Shown: positions 8,846 through 18,594, counted from the stretch's first letter. The stretch: DNA of 64,000 bases from an uncultured Actinomycetes bacterium (GCA_963767005.1 CAVYCN010000004.1:448001-512000); one strand, 5' to 3'. Notes: generated from the letters alone by a model not told the origin. A program made the numbers and translations.

Positions 8846-10137
8846 CGACAAAAGGAGAGCGGGGCGTGGCAGACGACGCGACAGGCGTGGGGGAGACGGA
8901 CGAGCAGGGTCTGGCCGGCAGCGACTGCTGCGCTTCGTTGCCGGCATCCGGCGGCTCATGCTGCGATAGCACCGTGGAGTCCGCCGTTCCGACTCCGCAG
9001 AGCGCGTGCTGTGGCGCGTCCGCCAAGCAGCCGCAAAAGGAGCCCCAGCAGAGCTCCTGCTGCGGCGCCGCGACGGCGCGGCCGGCCGAGTACAGCTACG
9101 GTCCCGCCGCCTACATCACGGGCACGATCGAGACGCCCGCCGGGGATATCCCGCGAGTGTCCCGCGAGATCGAACGCAGCGATCGCCTGGGCGCCTGGCG
9201 GGTGCGCTGGGGCTTCGGTCGCAATGACTACCGCGTAAAGCCCGGTCTGTACGGGCTGGGCACGCCCGACGCAGCTGCGCCCGTACTGGTCACCGCAAAC
9301 TACAAGCTCACCTTCGACGCGCTGCGCTCGTCGCTCGCCGATCTCGATGCCTGGCTGCTTGTCGCAGACACGCGCGGCGTCAACGTCTGGTGCGCGGCCG
9401 GCAAGGGCAGCTTCTGCGCCGAGGAGATCGCTCGCGTGGTTCACGAGACGCGTCTTGCCGAGATCGTCGATCACCGGCGGCTGGTGCTGCCGCAACTCTC
9501 GGCGCCGGGAGTCGCCGCCCACAAGGTCAAGGAAGCCTGCGGCTTTCGTGCCGTCTTCGGGCCGGTGCGCGCCGTCGACCTGCCCGCCTTTGTGGCCGCC
9601 GGCATGAAGGCCGACCCGCAGATGCGCGCCGTCACCTTCGACGCGCGCGAGCGCGCCGTCCTCACACCGGCCGAGCTGCAGGTGGCCTGGGGCCGCCGCA
9701 TGATGTTGGCCTACGCCGGCATTCTGGCCGTCTCGGCGATCGGCCACGACGGCGTATCCCTCAGGCGGGCCGCGCGTCGCGGTGGGCCCGTCATCGCGGG
9801 CACCTGGTTTGCCCTGCTCGCGGGTGGCGCCGCAACGCCGCTCGCCCTGCCCTGGCTGCCGGGCCGCGCCTTCTCGGCGAAAGGTGCTGTGGCGGGAGGA
9901 GTTGCGGCAGTGGCCGCTGCGGCGGTGTTTCGCCGCCGGCTCTCGCCGGCCGCAAAGCTCGCTCTGCTGGCGGGCGTGCCTGCCGTCTCCTCCTATGCCG
10001 CCATGAACTTCACCGGCTCGTCGCCGATCACCTCGCCCTCCGGTGTCGAGCTCGAGATGCGCCGCGCGCTGCCCTGGCAGGCCGCGGCATCGGTCGTGGC
10101 CGTCGGCGCCTGGCTTGCCCACAGAATGGGAAGGTGA
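8842..10137 (+). CDS. hgcA: Mercury methylation corrinoid protein
   Basis: Cap-helix motif GVNVWCAAGKGSF, VTANYKLTFD, LPQLSAPGV, membrane region, MNFTGSSPITSPSGV..EM. Confidence 0.96.
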   Translation: MTTKGERGVADDATGVGETDEQGLAGSDCCASLPASGGSCCDSTVESAVPTPQSACCGASAKQPQKEPQQSSCCGAATARPAEYSYGPAAYITGTIETPAGDIPRVSREIERSDRLGAWRVRWGFGRNDYRVKPGLYGLGTPDAAAPVLVTANYKLTFDALRSSLADLDAWLLVADTRGVNVWCAAGKGSFCAEEIARVVHETRLAEIVDHRRLVLPQLSAPGVAAHKVKEACGFRAVFGPVRAVDLPAFVAAGMKADPQMRAVTFDARERAVLTPAELQVAWGRRMMLAYAGILAVSAIGHDGVSLRRAARRGGPVIAGTWFALLAGGAATPLALPWLPGRAFSAKGAVAGGVAAVAAAAVFRRRLSPAAKLALLAGVPAVSSYAAMNFTGSSPITSPSGVELEMRRALPWQAAASVVAVGAWLAHRMGR

Positions 10138-10142
10138 GCGCG

Positions 10143-10418
10143 ATGCCGCAACTGCGCTACATCGACCAAGCCGTCACATTGGAGCTCGACGTAGGACGCT
10201 GCAACGGCTGCGGTCTCTGCCTGGCAGTCTGCCCGCGCGCCGTCTTTGCCCTCGCCGACGGTCGCGCCTCACTGGTGGATCGAGGCGCCTGCATCGAGTG
10301 CGGCGCCTGCGCCCTCAACTGCGTGTCTGGCGCTATCAGCGTCGATTCCGGTGTGGGCTGCGCACAGGCGATAATCCACGGCTGGCTGACGGGCGGCGAG
10401 CCCAGCTGCGACTGCTAA
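10143..10418 (+). CDS. hgcB: Mercury methylation ferredoxin
   Basis: CNGCGLCLAVCP and CIECGACALNC, GVGCA, terminal SCDC; hidden at the end of ORF-track entry 9390-10418. Confidence 0.95.
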   Translation: MPQLRYIDQAVTLELDVGRCNGCGLCLAVCPRAVFALADGRASLVDRGACIECGACALNCVSGAISVDSGVGCAQAIIHGWLTGGEPSCDC

Positions 10419-10448
10419 GACGCGTACTACAACGGCGGAGGGGAGAGC

Positions 10449-11222
10449 ATGGGGCCCGAATGGAACCTCTACGAGCGGCTGCTCGCTGAACTACCCAGCG
10501 ACGAGCACGTGCGCGCCTGCCTCGTGGGCAGTGCCTGGACGCTAGTCGAGGCTGTCGGGGTGGGCATGGCGATGTCGTTCCACGACGACACCTGGCTGTC
10601 GTGCACCACGTCGCCAATCGCGGGTCGACCACTTGCCGAAGTGGCCACACAAATGACGAGCTGGAACCTGACCGAGGCCGCGATCGGCCTGGCCGCCCTA
10701 AACGCGCACTACAACTCCAGGGAGCGCGTCGAGCAATGGCTCGGTCGGCGCATCGGCGACAGCGAGGACAGCCCCGTCTTTCGCTCGCTGGAAGACGAGC
10801 TCGCCGGCACGAAGGTGGGCGTGATCGGTCACTTCCCCGGTCTCGAGCGACTGGCCGCCCGTTGCACGCTCACGGTCTTCGAGCGGCGGCCACGACCCGG
10901 TGACCTGCCCGACTACGCCGAGGACTACCTGCTGCCCTCCATGGACTGGGTCCTGATCAGCGGCACGGCGCTCACCAACAAGACCCTGCCGCACCTCCTC
11001 GACATCACGCACAAGGCCCGCGTCGTGCTGGTCGGTCCGAGCGTGCCGCTCACGCCGCTGTGGTTCGAGCTCGGTGTCCACATGCTGGCCGGCAGCGTGG
11101 TGATCGACCGGGAGCGGCTGTGGCCCGTCGTGCAGGAGGGCTCCTGCTTCGAGGTGTTCAGGAACGGGGCCGCAAGGATTCAGGTCACCGTGGACGATCT
11201 GCCGGGCGGTCGGAGGGCGTAG
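10449..11222 (+). CDS. DUF364 (Rossmann-like, putative heavy-metal chelation) protein
   Basis: SWNLTEAAIGLAALNA, KVGVIGHFP, VFER, GTALTNKTLPHLL, GPSVPL. Confidence 0.85.
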   Translation: MGPEWNLYERLLAELPSDEHVRACLVGSAWTLVEAVGVGMAMSFHDDTWLSCTTSPIAGRPLAEVATQMTSWNLTEAAIGLAALNAHYNSRERVEQWLGRRIGDSEDSPVFRSLEDELAGTKVGVIGHFPGLERLAARCTLTVFERRPRPGDLPDYAEDYLLPSMDWVLISGTALTNKTLPHLLDITHKARVVLVGPSVPLTPLWFELGVHMLAGSVVIDRERLWPVVQEGSCFEVFRNGAARIQVTVDDLPGGRRA

Positions 11223-11481
11223 CTCGGCGAGGGCCGACTTCCAAGGTCCGAGGTAGTGAGCATCGGTCGTTGCCGCCATTCGCATGGGGTGGAGTCGGGG
11301 GCTATCTGTACTCGATTGGTACTCCCAACTTGAGCTGACGAGGTCTCGTTGGGCAATGCAGAGCGCCTCGGTGACGTAGTGGTCCTTTGGCGTATCCCCA
11401 CAGGGGACAGACGAGTCAAGACGGAGGAAGTACGACCGGCACCTTGTGCCTAGAAGCAAGGGGGAATCTAGAAGAAGAAAG

Positions 11482-11557
11482 TGGTGCCCCCAACGGAATT
11501 CGAATCCGTGCTGCCGGCTTGAAAGGCCGGTGTCCTAGGCCGCTAGACGATGGGGGC
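11482..11557 (-). tRNA. tRNA-Glu(TTC)
   Basis: GCCCCCATCGTCTAGCGGCCTAGGACACCGGCCTTTCAAGCCGGCAGCACGGATTCGAATTCCGTTGGGGGCACCA; encoded CCA; TATACT -10 at ~11579-11584. Confidence 0.97.
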
Positions 11558-11703
11558 ACGCCTGGGTTCAGCGCAGGTAGTATATCCGCTCGCATCGGGG
11601 GTTCCGTCGCGTGTCGCTCATCCCCTCACGCCGTTTGCCCCCGCCGCCGATGACGCACAACCTGGGGTAGAGTCTTCTCTGAACGCATCCAAGGAGTCGG
11701 CAA

Positions 11704-13266
11704 GTGAGCAAGGACACGGCGGCACGCACCAGGTCTCGCGTCGCGGGGCGCGAGAAGACGGACGGCAAACCGAAGGACGGGGCGAAGGCAAGCGGTAGGG
11801 AGAAGGCGAGCGGCAAGGCGCGCGGCAACGGCAAAGCTGCCGTCGCTGCGACGGCAGCGACCGTGCGCGGGACGGCCAGGGAGGCGGCCGCGGGGGCGCG
11901 CGGCGACGGCGCCAACGGCGCCGGTGGCGGTCTCAAGCGGGCGGCCATCGAGCGCTTCGACCAGGTCTTCGTCGGCGAGCCGCGTAACCGTCTGGCGCTG
12001 AACGCCGTCACCGCCGGCAAGATCCAGGTCGTGGCGCGCAACCGCGAGGCGGTCGTGCGCTCCGGGGAGCGCACCTTCTCTCACCTGATCAAGACCCCCG
12101 ACATCACAAACCAGAAGCAGAGCGGGCGCTGCTGGATGTTCGCCGGCCTGAACGTGCTGCGAGTCGAGGCGATGAAGCGCCTCAAGCTCGACCAGTTCGA
12201 GCTCTCCCAGACCTACCTGCAGTTCTACGACAAGCTCGAGAAGGCGAACTGGTTCCTCGAGACGATGATCGCCACGGCTGACGAGCCCACCGAAGGGCGC
12301 CTGATCAGCTTCCTGCTGGAGGACCCGATCCAGGACGGCGGCCAGTGGGACATGTTCGCCGACCTCGTGCGTAAGTACGGCGTCGTGCCCAAGAGCGTCA
12401 TGCCCGAGGCCGAGTCGAGCGGCGAGTCGGCGCCCATGAACGGCGTGCTGCGGACCAAGCTGCGCGAGTACGCGGCCGAGCTGCGACGGCGGAAGGCCGG
12501 CGGCGCAGCCGCCGGCGCTCTCCGACGCCGCAAGGACGCGATGCTCGAGACGATCTACCGCATGCTGGCCATCCACCTCGGCCGGCCGCCACGCGCGTTC
12601 GAGTGGCAGTGGCGCGACTCCGGCGACGAGTTCCACCGCGACGGCGAGCTCACCCCGCACGAGTTCTACGAGCGCTACGTGGGCCTCGACCTCGACGACT
12701 TCGTGAGCCTCATCAACTGCCCGACGCCGGACAAGCCGTTCGGCCGCCTCTACACGGTGCAGTACCTGGGCAACGTGGTGGGCGGCACGCCGGTGCGCTA
12801 CGTCAACGTCGACATCGACGCCTTCAAGAAGGCCGCCGTGGCGCAGATCGCCGCCGGCGAGCCGGTCTGGTTCGGCTGCGACGTCGGCAAGATGTCGGAG
12901 CGCGAGCAGGGCGCCCTCGACCGCGAGATCTACGACCTCGAGCTGCTCTACGAGACGAGCTTCACGGCCGACAAGGCCGAGCGCGTCGAGTACGGCCACA
13001 GCGTCATGACCCACGCCATGGTGCTCACCGGCGTCGACCTGGACGACAAGGGCCGGCCGCGCAAGTGGAAGGTCGAGAACAGCTGGGGCGACAAGGTCGG
13101 CGACAAGGGCTACTTCGTGATGAGCGACTCGTGGTTCGACGACTACATGTTCGAGGTCGTGGTCGCCCGCCGGCACCTGCCCAGGAAGCTCCTGAAGGCG
13201 CTCGAGACCGAGCCGGTGGTCCTGCCGCCGTGGGACCCGATGGGCTCGCTCGCCCGCGACTGCTGA
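11704..13266 (+). CDS. pepC: Aminopeptidase C / bleomycin hydrolase (C1B)
   Basis: QKQSGRCWMFA, DGGQWDM, THAMV, ENSWG, PWDPMGSLA. Confidence 0.95.
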   Translation: MSKDTAARTRSRVAGREKTDGKPKDGAKASGREKASGKARGNGKAAVAATAATVRGTAREAAAGARGDGANGAGGGLKRAAIERFDQVFVGEPRNRLALNAVTAGKIQVVARNREAVVRSGERTFSHLIKTPDITNQKQSGRCWMFAGLNVLRVEAMKRLKLDQFELSQTYLQFYDKLEKANWFLETMIATADEPTEGRLISFLLEDPIQDGGQWDMFADLVRKYGVVPKSVMPEAESSGESAPMNGVLRTKLREYAAELRRRKAGGAAAGALRRRKDAMLETIYRMLAIHLGRPPRAFEWQWRDSGDEFHRDGELTPHEFYERYVGLDLDDFVSLINCPTPDKPFGRLYTVQYLGNVVGGTPVRYVNVDIDAFKKAAVAQIAAGEPVWFGCDVGKMSEREQGALDREIYDLELLYETSFTADKAERVEYGHSVMTHAMVLTGVDLDDKGRPRKWKVENSWGDKVGDKGYFVMSDSWFDDYMFEVVVARRHLPRKLLKALETEPVVLPPWDPMGSLARDC

Positions 13267-13273
13267 CGACGCG

Positions 13274-14635
13274 CTACGGCGTCGTGCTCTGCGTCGAGCC
13301 GTATGTGGCGCCGACGCCGGCGGGGCTCGGCGCCGGGCTCGGCGACCACGACGGAACGCCGCCCGGCGTCGACCGCGCCACGGCGACGGCGATGGCGTCC
13401 TGCGCCTCGTGGGCGGCGGTCACGTCGATCCAGTACGGCGCGGTGTCCATGAGCACCGAGAACAGCAGCCAGTGGCCGTTGGCGCTCGTCGCGAAGCCCG
13501 ACAGATTGCTCGCCACCGACAGGGTGCCGGTCTTGGCGTGGACGTTGTCGTAGGCGGCGGTGTGCCGCATGCGGTCGGAGAGCGTGCCGTCGACGCCGGC
13601 CACCGCGAGTGAGTCGTAGAAGGTCTGCCAGTCGCTGCGCAGCATCATGGCGCGCAGCAGGGCCGTGAAGTCGAGCGCGCTGAGGCGGTCCTTGTAGCTC
13701 AGACCGGAGCCGTCGGCCAGCGTGAAGCTCTTGGTCGGGATGCCGGCCGACACCAGGAAGGCGCGGTCGACCTTGAGGCCGCGGGCGGTCGTGCCGCCGC
13801 CGCCGAAGGCGGCGCCCAGGCCCTTCGTAAGCTCCTCGGCGAGGAAGTTGTCGCTCGGCTTGTCCATGGCGGCCAGGATGCGCCAGAGCGGCGCCGAGAG
13901 CTCGGTGTACGACAGCTTGGCCTTGGCCGGCGTCGGCCACACGGTGGGCTTGCCGCTTACGGGCACGCCGTTCCTGATCAGGGCGTTGGTGAGCTGCTGG
14001 GCGAAGGTGCGGGCCGGATCGGCGAGCCGGCCGCCGCTCGCCGACAGGTCGCCGTTCAGGCAGAGCGCCGACAGCGGCGCGCAGTCGTCGACCTCGTCCG
14101 AGTGCCACGAACCCACCGTGCGCAGGCCGTCGAAGTAGGTGCCGTCGCCGACCACGCGGCCCACGATGCGTTTGACGCCGGCCTTCCTGAGGGCGGTGAC
14201 GAAGTCGCCCAGGCGTGAGGTGGTGAAGTGGTAGACGTTGCGCTGGTAGGCGCCGGTCGACAGGGTCGGATCGCCGAACCCCTTGATGAAGATCATGCCG
14301 GTGTAGGTGCCGTCGGCCGCGATCGTGCCGGTCGTGAACATCTCGGTCTTGAAGCGGTGCGCGGCACCCCACTCGGCGAGCGCGGTCGCCGTGGTGACGA
14401 GCTTCTCGTTCGAGGCCGGCATGAGCTTCGTCGCGATGTTGTGCGCATAGAGGCCGGCGCCGGTCGACAGGTCGTAGACGCGGACGTCGCTCGTGGACCC
14501 GGCGAAGCCGTGGGCCTTGAGCGCCGCGGTGATGCGCGACTGGAGGGTGGTCGCCGTGGCGGCGGCCGGCGCCGCCAGCGCCAGACCGACGAGCGCGACC
14601 AGCGTCAGCTTGAGGACGAGACGACGGATCGGCAT
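13274..14635 (-). CDS. dacB: D-Ala-D-Ala carboxypeptidase/endopeptidase (S13)
   Basis: Signal peptide; PASNEK, GDPTL, SDN, DGSGLS, KTGTL. Confidence 0.93.
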   Translation of the reverse strand: MPIRRLVLKLTLVALVGLALAAPAAATATTLQSRITAALKAHGFAGSTSDVRVYDLSTGAGLYAHNIATKLMPASNEKLVTTATALAEWGAAHRFKTEMFTTGTIAADGTYTGMIFIKGFGDPTLSTGAYQRNVYHFTTSRLGDFVTALRKAGVKRIVGRVVGDGTYFDGLRTVGSWHSDEVDDCAPLSALCLNGDLSASGGRLADPARTFAQQLTNALIRNGVPVSGKPTVWPTPAKAKLSYTELSAPLWRILAAMDKPSDNFLAEELTKGLGAAFGGGGTTARGLKVDRAFLVSAGIPTKSFTLADGSGLSYKDRLSALDFTALLRAMMLRSDWQTFYDSLAVAGVDGTLSDRMRHTAAYDNVHAKTGTLSVASNLSGFATSANGHWLLFSVLMDTAPYWIDVTAAHEAQDAIAVAVARSTPGGVPSWSPSPAPSPAGVGATYGSTQSTTP

Positions 14636-14797
14636 GGCTCCCTCCGGGTCTGCGCTGGCGAACGGGCCCGACCACGGCCGGACCGGCGGTCGCCTTCGAG
14701 ACTACCCGCCGCGGCTCGCCAGGACAAGCACGGCGCGGCGCACCGGCAGCGGCGGCGCGAGGTCGGGCGTCCGAGGGGCGCCGGGTGCCGGCCGGGC

Positions 14798-15379
14798 TCA
14801 GCCGGCGATGCGCAGCCGGGCGCTCACGACCGCACCGCGATCGCGCTCGATGCGCACGTCGTCCATGAGGTAGTGGAGCAGGAACAGGCCGCGGCCGTGC
14901 TGCTCGAACGGGTCGGGCGTGCGCGAGACATCGATGTACCCCGGTTCGAAGCCGGCCCCGTGGTCGCGGATGACGAGGAGGACGTCGGTGGCCGAGACAC
15001 CGAGGGTCACGTCGATGTCGCGGTCGGTGCCGCTGAAGCGGATGGCGTTCTTGCAGGCTTCTTCCATGCACAGCACGACGTCGAAGACGGTGCGTTCGGG
15101 CACCGAGGACTCGCGCAGGAACACGCGGGCCTGGTCGCGGGCGCCCGGCAGGGCCGACGCCACGGCGGCGACCGTGAGGCTGAGCGAGCACCCGACGGCG
15201 GCGCAGGGCACGCAGCGCGAGACGCCGCGAGGGCCACCTGTGGGGCCGGGGACCGGTTCGAGGGGCGGCCGAGCCTCTGATCCGGGCTCATAGACGGGTT
15301 CGGGAAGCGCTGCTGCGGTCACTTGGTGCTCATCATCGGGTCTCGCCTGTCTCATGCCCGCTCGCCGGCAATCGTGCAC
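14798..15379 (-). CDS. Stand-alone RsbW-like anti-sigma factor/Ser kinase; start uncertain
   Basis: EEACKNAIRF, DHGAGF, GRGLFLL. Confidence 0.8.
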   Translation of the reverse strand: MHDCRRAGMRQARPDDEHQVTAAALPEPVYEPGSEARPPLEPVPGPTGGPRGVSRCVPCAAVGCSLSLTVAAVASALPGARDQARVFLRESSVPERTVFDVVLCMEEACKNAIRFSGTDRDIDVTLGVSATDVLLVIRDHGAGFEPGYIDVSRTPDPFEQHGRGLFLLHYLMDDVRIERDRGAVVSARLRIAG

Positions 15380-15449
15380 CTGGTCGACCGTGAGGTGGAC
15401 GGCAGGGGGGTCGGCCGCCGGACCCGGCGGGGCGTGTCCGGGCAGGGCC

Positions 15450-16559
15450 TCATGGTCGCCAGGCAGCCGCGCCGGCGCCGTCGTGCGAGATCACGGCCGC
15501 GAGCGCGGCGACGATGGCCGCCCGCGACGTGACGAGGCCGAGCTCGCGGTTGTAGAGCAGCGAGGCCACCGAGAAGTTCTGGGAGCCGACGAAGGCGCGC
15601 GCGCGGGCGCTGCCGGGGTCGACGACGATCGCCTTGGCGTGGATGTAGAGGGGTGCGGACGCGGCGTAGGTGCGCACGTTGACGCCGGCCCGGGCGAGCG
15701 CGGAGAAGGCCGCCGCCCACGAGCTCTCGCGGGTCATGACCACCTCGACCTTCACGCCGCGCCGGGCGGCGGCCCGCAGTGCGCTCGTCACGGCGTCGTC
15801 GTCCATCTCTTCGTTTTCGACGAGCAGCCGGTGCCGGGCCGAGTCGATGAGCGCGACCAGCGCGTCCTGGGCTCCGGGGCTCCAGACGAGACCCGCCGGC
15901 GAGCTCGCCGGCAGGCCGCCGTTCGTCCAGTCGTCGGCGAAGGTGGTGGCGACGGCGGCCACGTCGGCGCGCACACCGTCGAGCAGCACGAAGTCGCGCG
16001 TGCTCGAGTAGTAGCGGGCGGTGAGGTTCATGGTCATGATGGCGGCGCGTTGGCCGTCGACGACAATCGCCTTCTCGTGGGTGAGGTCGAACCGTGAGGG
16101 CGCCCAGCGCACGGCGACCCCGTGGGACCGCAGGTAGGCGAAGGCCGGCTGGTTGTAGCGGCCGACGTAGTGGTCGTTCAGGAGCACCCGCACGCGCACG
16201 CCGCGCGCGGCGTCGGCGGCGAGGATGGTGTCGGCCTGGTCGTCTTCGAGCTCGTAGATCTCGACGTCGACGCTGTGCCGCGCCGAGCGGAGCAGGGCGT
16301 AGACCGGCCCGAGCCCGGCGTCGGGTTCGACCACGAGCGAAAGCGCCCCGCTTTGGGCGCGCTGATGGACGGCGCCGCCGGAGCGGGCGTGCTTGTGCTT
16401 GTGGTGAGAGGCCTTCGTGGCGCTCGCCCGCGGCGACGGTGAGGAAGACCCGGGTGTGGCCGGCGTCTGGTGCAGGGCGGCGAGCGCCGCCGCCACGACG
16501 ATCACGAGGATCAGCAGGGCGCCGCCCCCGGCCGCGCGCCGGCCGCGCCGCCTAGCCAC
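15450..16559 (-). CDS. Membrane-anchored phospholipase D-like protein
   Basis: Two HKD motifs (HEKAIVVD, HAKAIVVD), GSQN, NRELG; N-terminal TM. Confidence 0.9.
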   Translation of the reverse strand: MARRRGRRAAGGGALLILVIVVAAALAALHQTPATPGSSSPSPRASATKASHHKHKHARSGGAVHQRAQSGALSLVVEPDAGLGPVYALLRSARHSVDVEIYELEDDQADTILAADAARGVRVRVLLNDHYVGRYNQPAFAYLRSHGVAVRWAPSRFDLTHEKAIVVDGQRAAIMTMNLTARYYSSTRDFVLLDGVRADVAAVATTFADDWTNGGLPASSPAGLVWSPGAQDALVALIDSARHRLLVENEEMDDDAVTSALRAAARRGVKVEVVMTRESSWAAAFSALARAGVNVRTYAASAPLYIHAKAIVVDPGSARARAFVGSQNFSVASLLYNRELGLVTSRAAIVAALAAVISHDGAGAAAWRP

Positions 16560-16750
16560 GGCGCCGGCCCCCGCTGCGGACCACGGTCACCCGCGATCGG
16601 CGCCGGCCCATGTGTCGCTCACCACTCCTTGTGCGTCGGCTGCCCATCTCTGCCTGCAGCGTAGCGTTCGACGCGGGGTGGCGAAGCCCCCCGCGGCCCG
16701 CCGTTGGGTTGGCGATGGAGCCCGCGCGAGGGTGGCGAATCGCGCAGACT

Positions 16751-17407
16751 CTACGGCGCGACGTCGAGCTCGGCGAGCAGCGGCCGCGCGAGCTGCTCCC
16801 ACAGGCGGATGGCGCCGGTCACGTCGGCCCCATCGGGGTCGAGGCCGTGCTGGATCGCGAGGCCGTCGACGATGGCGATCATCAGCACCGCGAACGGCCG
16901 CAGCCGCTGCGCCTGCGCCGTGTCGGCGTCGTCGAGGCAGCGCCACACGGTCTCGCGGTAGCCGTCGTAGAGGGTCGCCACGCGCCGGCGCAGCGCCGGG
17001 TCGCGTAACGCATGGGGCAACACCTCGAAGAAGGCCTGGAACGACTCGGCGTCGGCCACGATGCGCGACTCGCCGTCCACCAGGGCGCGCACCCGGGCGC
17101 CGGCCGACGGCTGGGCCTCGCACTCCCTGATCAGGGCGCGGTTCGCGTCGTGGACGAGCGAGTCGACGAGCGCCGCCATCAGGCCGTCCTTGTTGGCGAA
17201 GTGGTAGCCGATGCTGCCCTTGGCCTCGCCGGCCTCTTCGGCGATCGCCGCGAAGGTGAGGGCGCCGTAGCCGTCGCGGATCAGGAGCCGGCGGGCCGCG
17301 GCGAGCAGGTGCCGCGCGGTCGGCGGCAGGGCCGCCATGGGGTCGTCGAGCAGCAACCGCTCTGCGTCGCGACGCTGCCGATCGGGTCGTGTCTGCTGTT
17401 CGCCCAT
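16751..17407 (-). CDS. TetR family regulator
   Basis: IAEEAGEAKGSIGYHFANKD HTH; divergent from agu operon. Confidence 0.9.
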   Translation of the reverse strand: MGEQQTRPDRQRRDAERLLLDDPMAALPPTARHLLAAARRLLIRDGYGALTFAAIAEEAGEAKGSIGYHFANKDGLMAALVDSLVHDANRALIRECEAQPSAGARVRALVDGESRIVADAESFQAFFEVLPHALRDPALRRRVATLYDGYRETVWRCLDDADTAQAQRLRPFAVLMIAIVDGLAIQHGLDPDGADVTGAIRLWEQLARPLLAELDVAP

Positions 17408-17453
17408 GCCGTCCTTCGCGGTTGTGGGGACACCGCCGTCATGGTAGCATGCG

Positions 17454-17471
17454 TTTGTCCGTCCGGACAAA
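17454..17471. promoter_or_regulatory. Probable TetR operator
   Basis: TTTGTCCG-TC-CGGACAAA palindrome just after TAGCAT (17445-17450). Confidence 0.65.
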
Positions 17472-17580
17472 TAAACGGCAGAGGCCGCAAGGCTCCGGGC
17501 CCAGCAGCCCCGGGCGAGGCCAAGTGCCGCAACCGCCGGCCGCCCCGCGGGGGTAGCGCCGATCGTCGCAGGAGGAACAG

Positions 17581-18594
17581 GTGATGGAGAAGACGCTTCC
17601 CAAGATGCGCCGTCTGCGCGGTCGCTCGTTCCTGACCGACCTCGATTTCAGCCGCGATGACCTCGAGGACCTGCTCGCTCTGGCCGTCGCCCTCAAGGGG
17701 CTGCGTGCGAGCGGCCCGCTCATGCCGTTCCTGCCTGGGCAGCACCTCGCCATGATCTTCGAGGCCGCTTCCACGCGCACCCGCGTGAGCTTCGAGAACG
17801 GTTTCTGTGAGCTCGGCGGCAACGCCGTGTATCTGCGGCCCGGCGAGATCCACCTGCCGGGGCGCGAGACCATCGCCGACACCGCCCGCACACTGTCGCA
17901 GTACGATTCCGCGATCGTGATCCGGTCCAAGGCGAACGAGACGGTCAACGAGCTCGCCGCCTGGTCGACGGTGCCCGTGATCAACGCGATGGACCACGAC
18001 CGTCACCCCTGCCAGAGCATGAGCGACGCGCTCACCATCCTCGAGCACGCCGGCAAGCTCGCCGGCACGACGTTCGCCTACATCGGCGACGCCGCGCACC
18101 CCTGCAACTCGCTGTCGACGACGCTCACCAAGCTCGGCCTGCACGTGCGCGTCGGCAACGCCCCCGGCTACGAGATCGGTGACGAGGTGCGGCGCAACGC
18201 CGAGCGCTTCGCGGCCGAGAGCGGCGGCTCGTTCCTGCTCACGCACGATCCGCTCGAAGCGATCGACGGGGCCGACTTCATCTACACCGACTGCTGGTGG
18301 TGGACCGGCCAGGAAGAGGAGTACGCCGACCGCATCGCGGCCTTCAAGCCCTTCCAGGTCAACGCCGAGTTGTGGAGCCACACCAAGCCGGGCGCCCGCT
18401 TCATGCACTGTCTGCCGGCCATGCGCGGCGAGGAGGTCACCGACGAGATCGCCGACAGCGCGGCGTCGATCATCTTCCCGCAGGCGCAGAACCGCCTGCA
18501 CTTCCAGAAGGGCCTCATGCTGGCGCTGATCGGCATCGACGAGCTGCCGGCCGACCCGCGGCTGCGCGACGTCGGCGCGGCCCTGCTCGCCTGA
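17581..18594 (+). CDS. ptcA: Putrescine carbamoyltransferase (OTC-like)
   Basis: STRTR, HPCQ, HCLP; DCWWW replaces the OTC DxxxSMG motif; clustered with carbamate kinase and agmatine deiminase. Confidence 0.8.
   Translation: MMEKTLPKMRRLRGRSFLTDLDFSRDDLEDLLALAVALKGLRASGPLMPFLPGQHLAMIFEAASTRTRVSFENGFCELGGNAVYLRPGEIHLPGRETIADTARTLSQYDSAIVIRSKANETVNELAAWSTVPVINAMDHDRHPCQSMSDALTILEHAGKLAGTTFAYIGDAAHPCNSLSTTLTKLGLHVRVGNAPGYEIGDEVRRNAERFAAESGGSFLLTHDPLEAIDGADFIYTDCWWWTGQEEEYADRIAAFKPFQVNAELWSHTKPGARFMHCLPAMRGEEVTDEIADSAASIIFPQAQNRLHFQKGLMLALIGIDELPADPRLRDVGAALLA

Noticed and set aside
8842-10137. CdhD/AcsC corrinoid protein or selenocysteine HgcA
   Set aside because: HgcA motif, membrane domain and hgcB are present; the motif Cys is TGC, not TGA.
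9390-10142. HgcA-HgcB fusion or long HgcB
   Set aside because: hgcA stops at 10137 and hgcB starts at 10143; the upstream frame is spurious.
17581-18594. Anabolic ArgF
   Set aside because: Lacks the SMG motif and lies in a catabolic agmatine operon.
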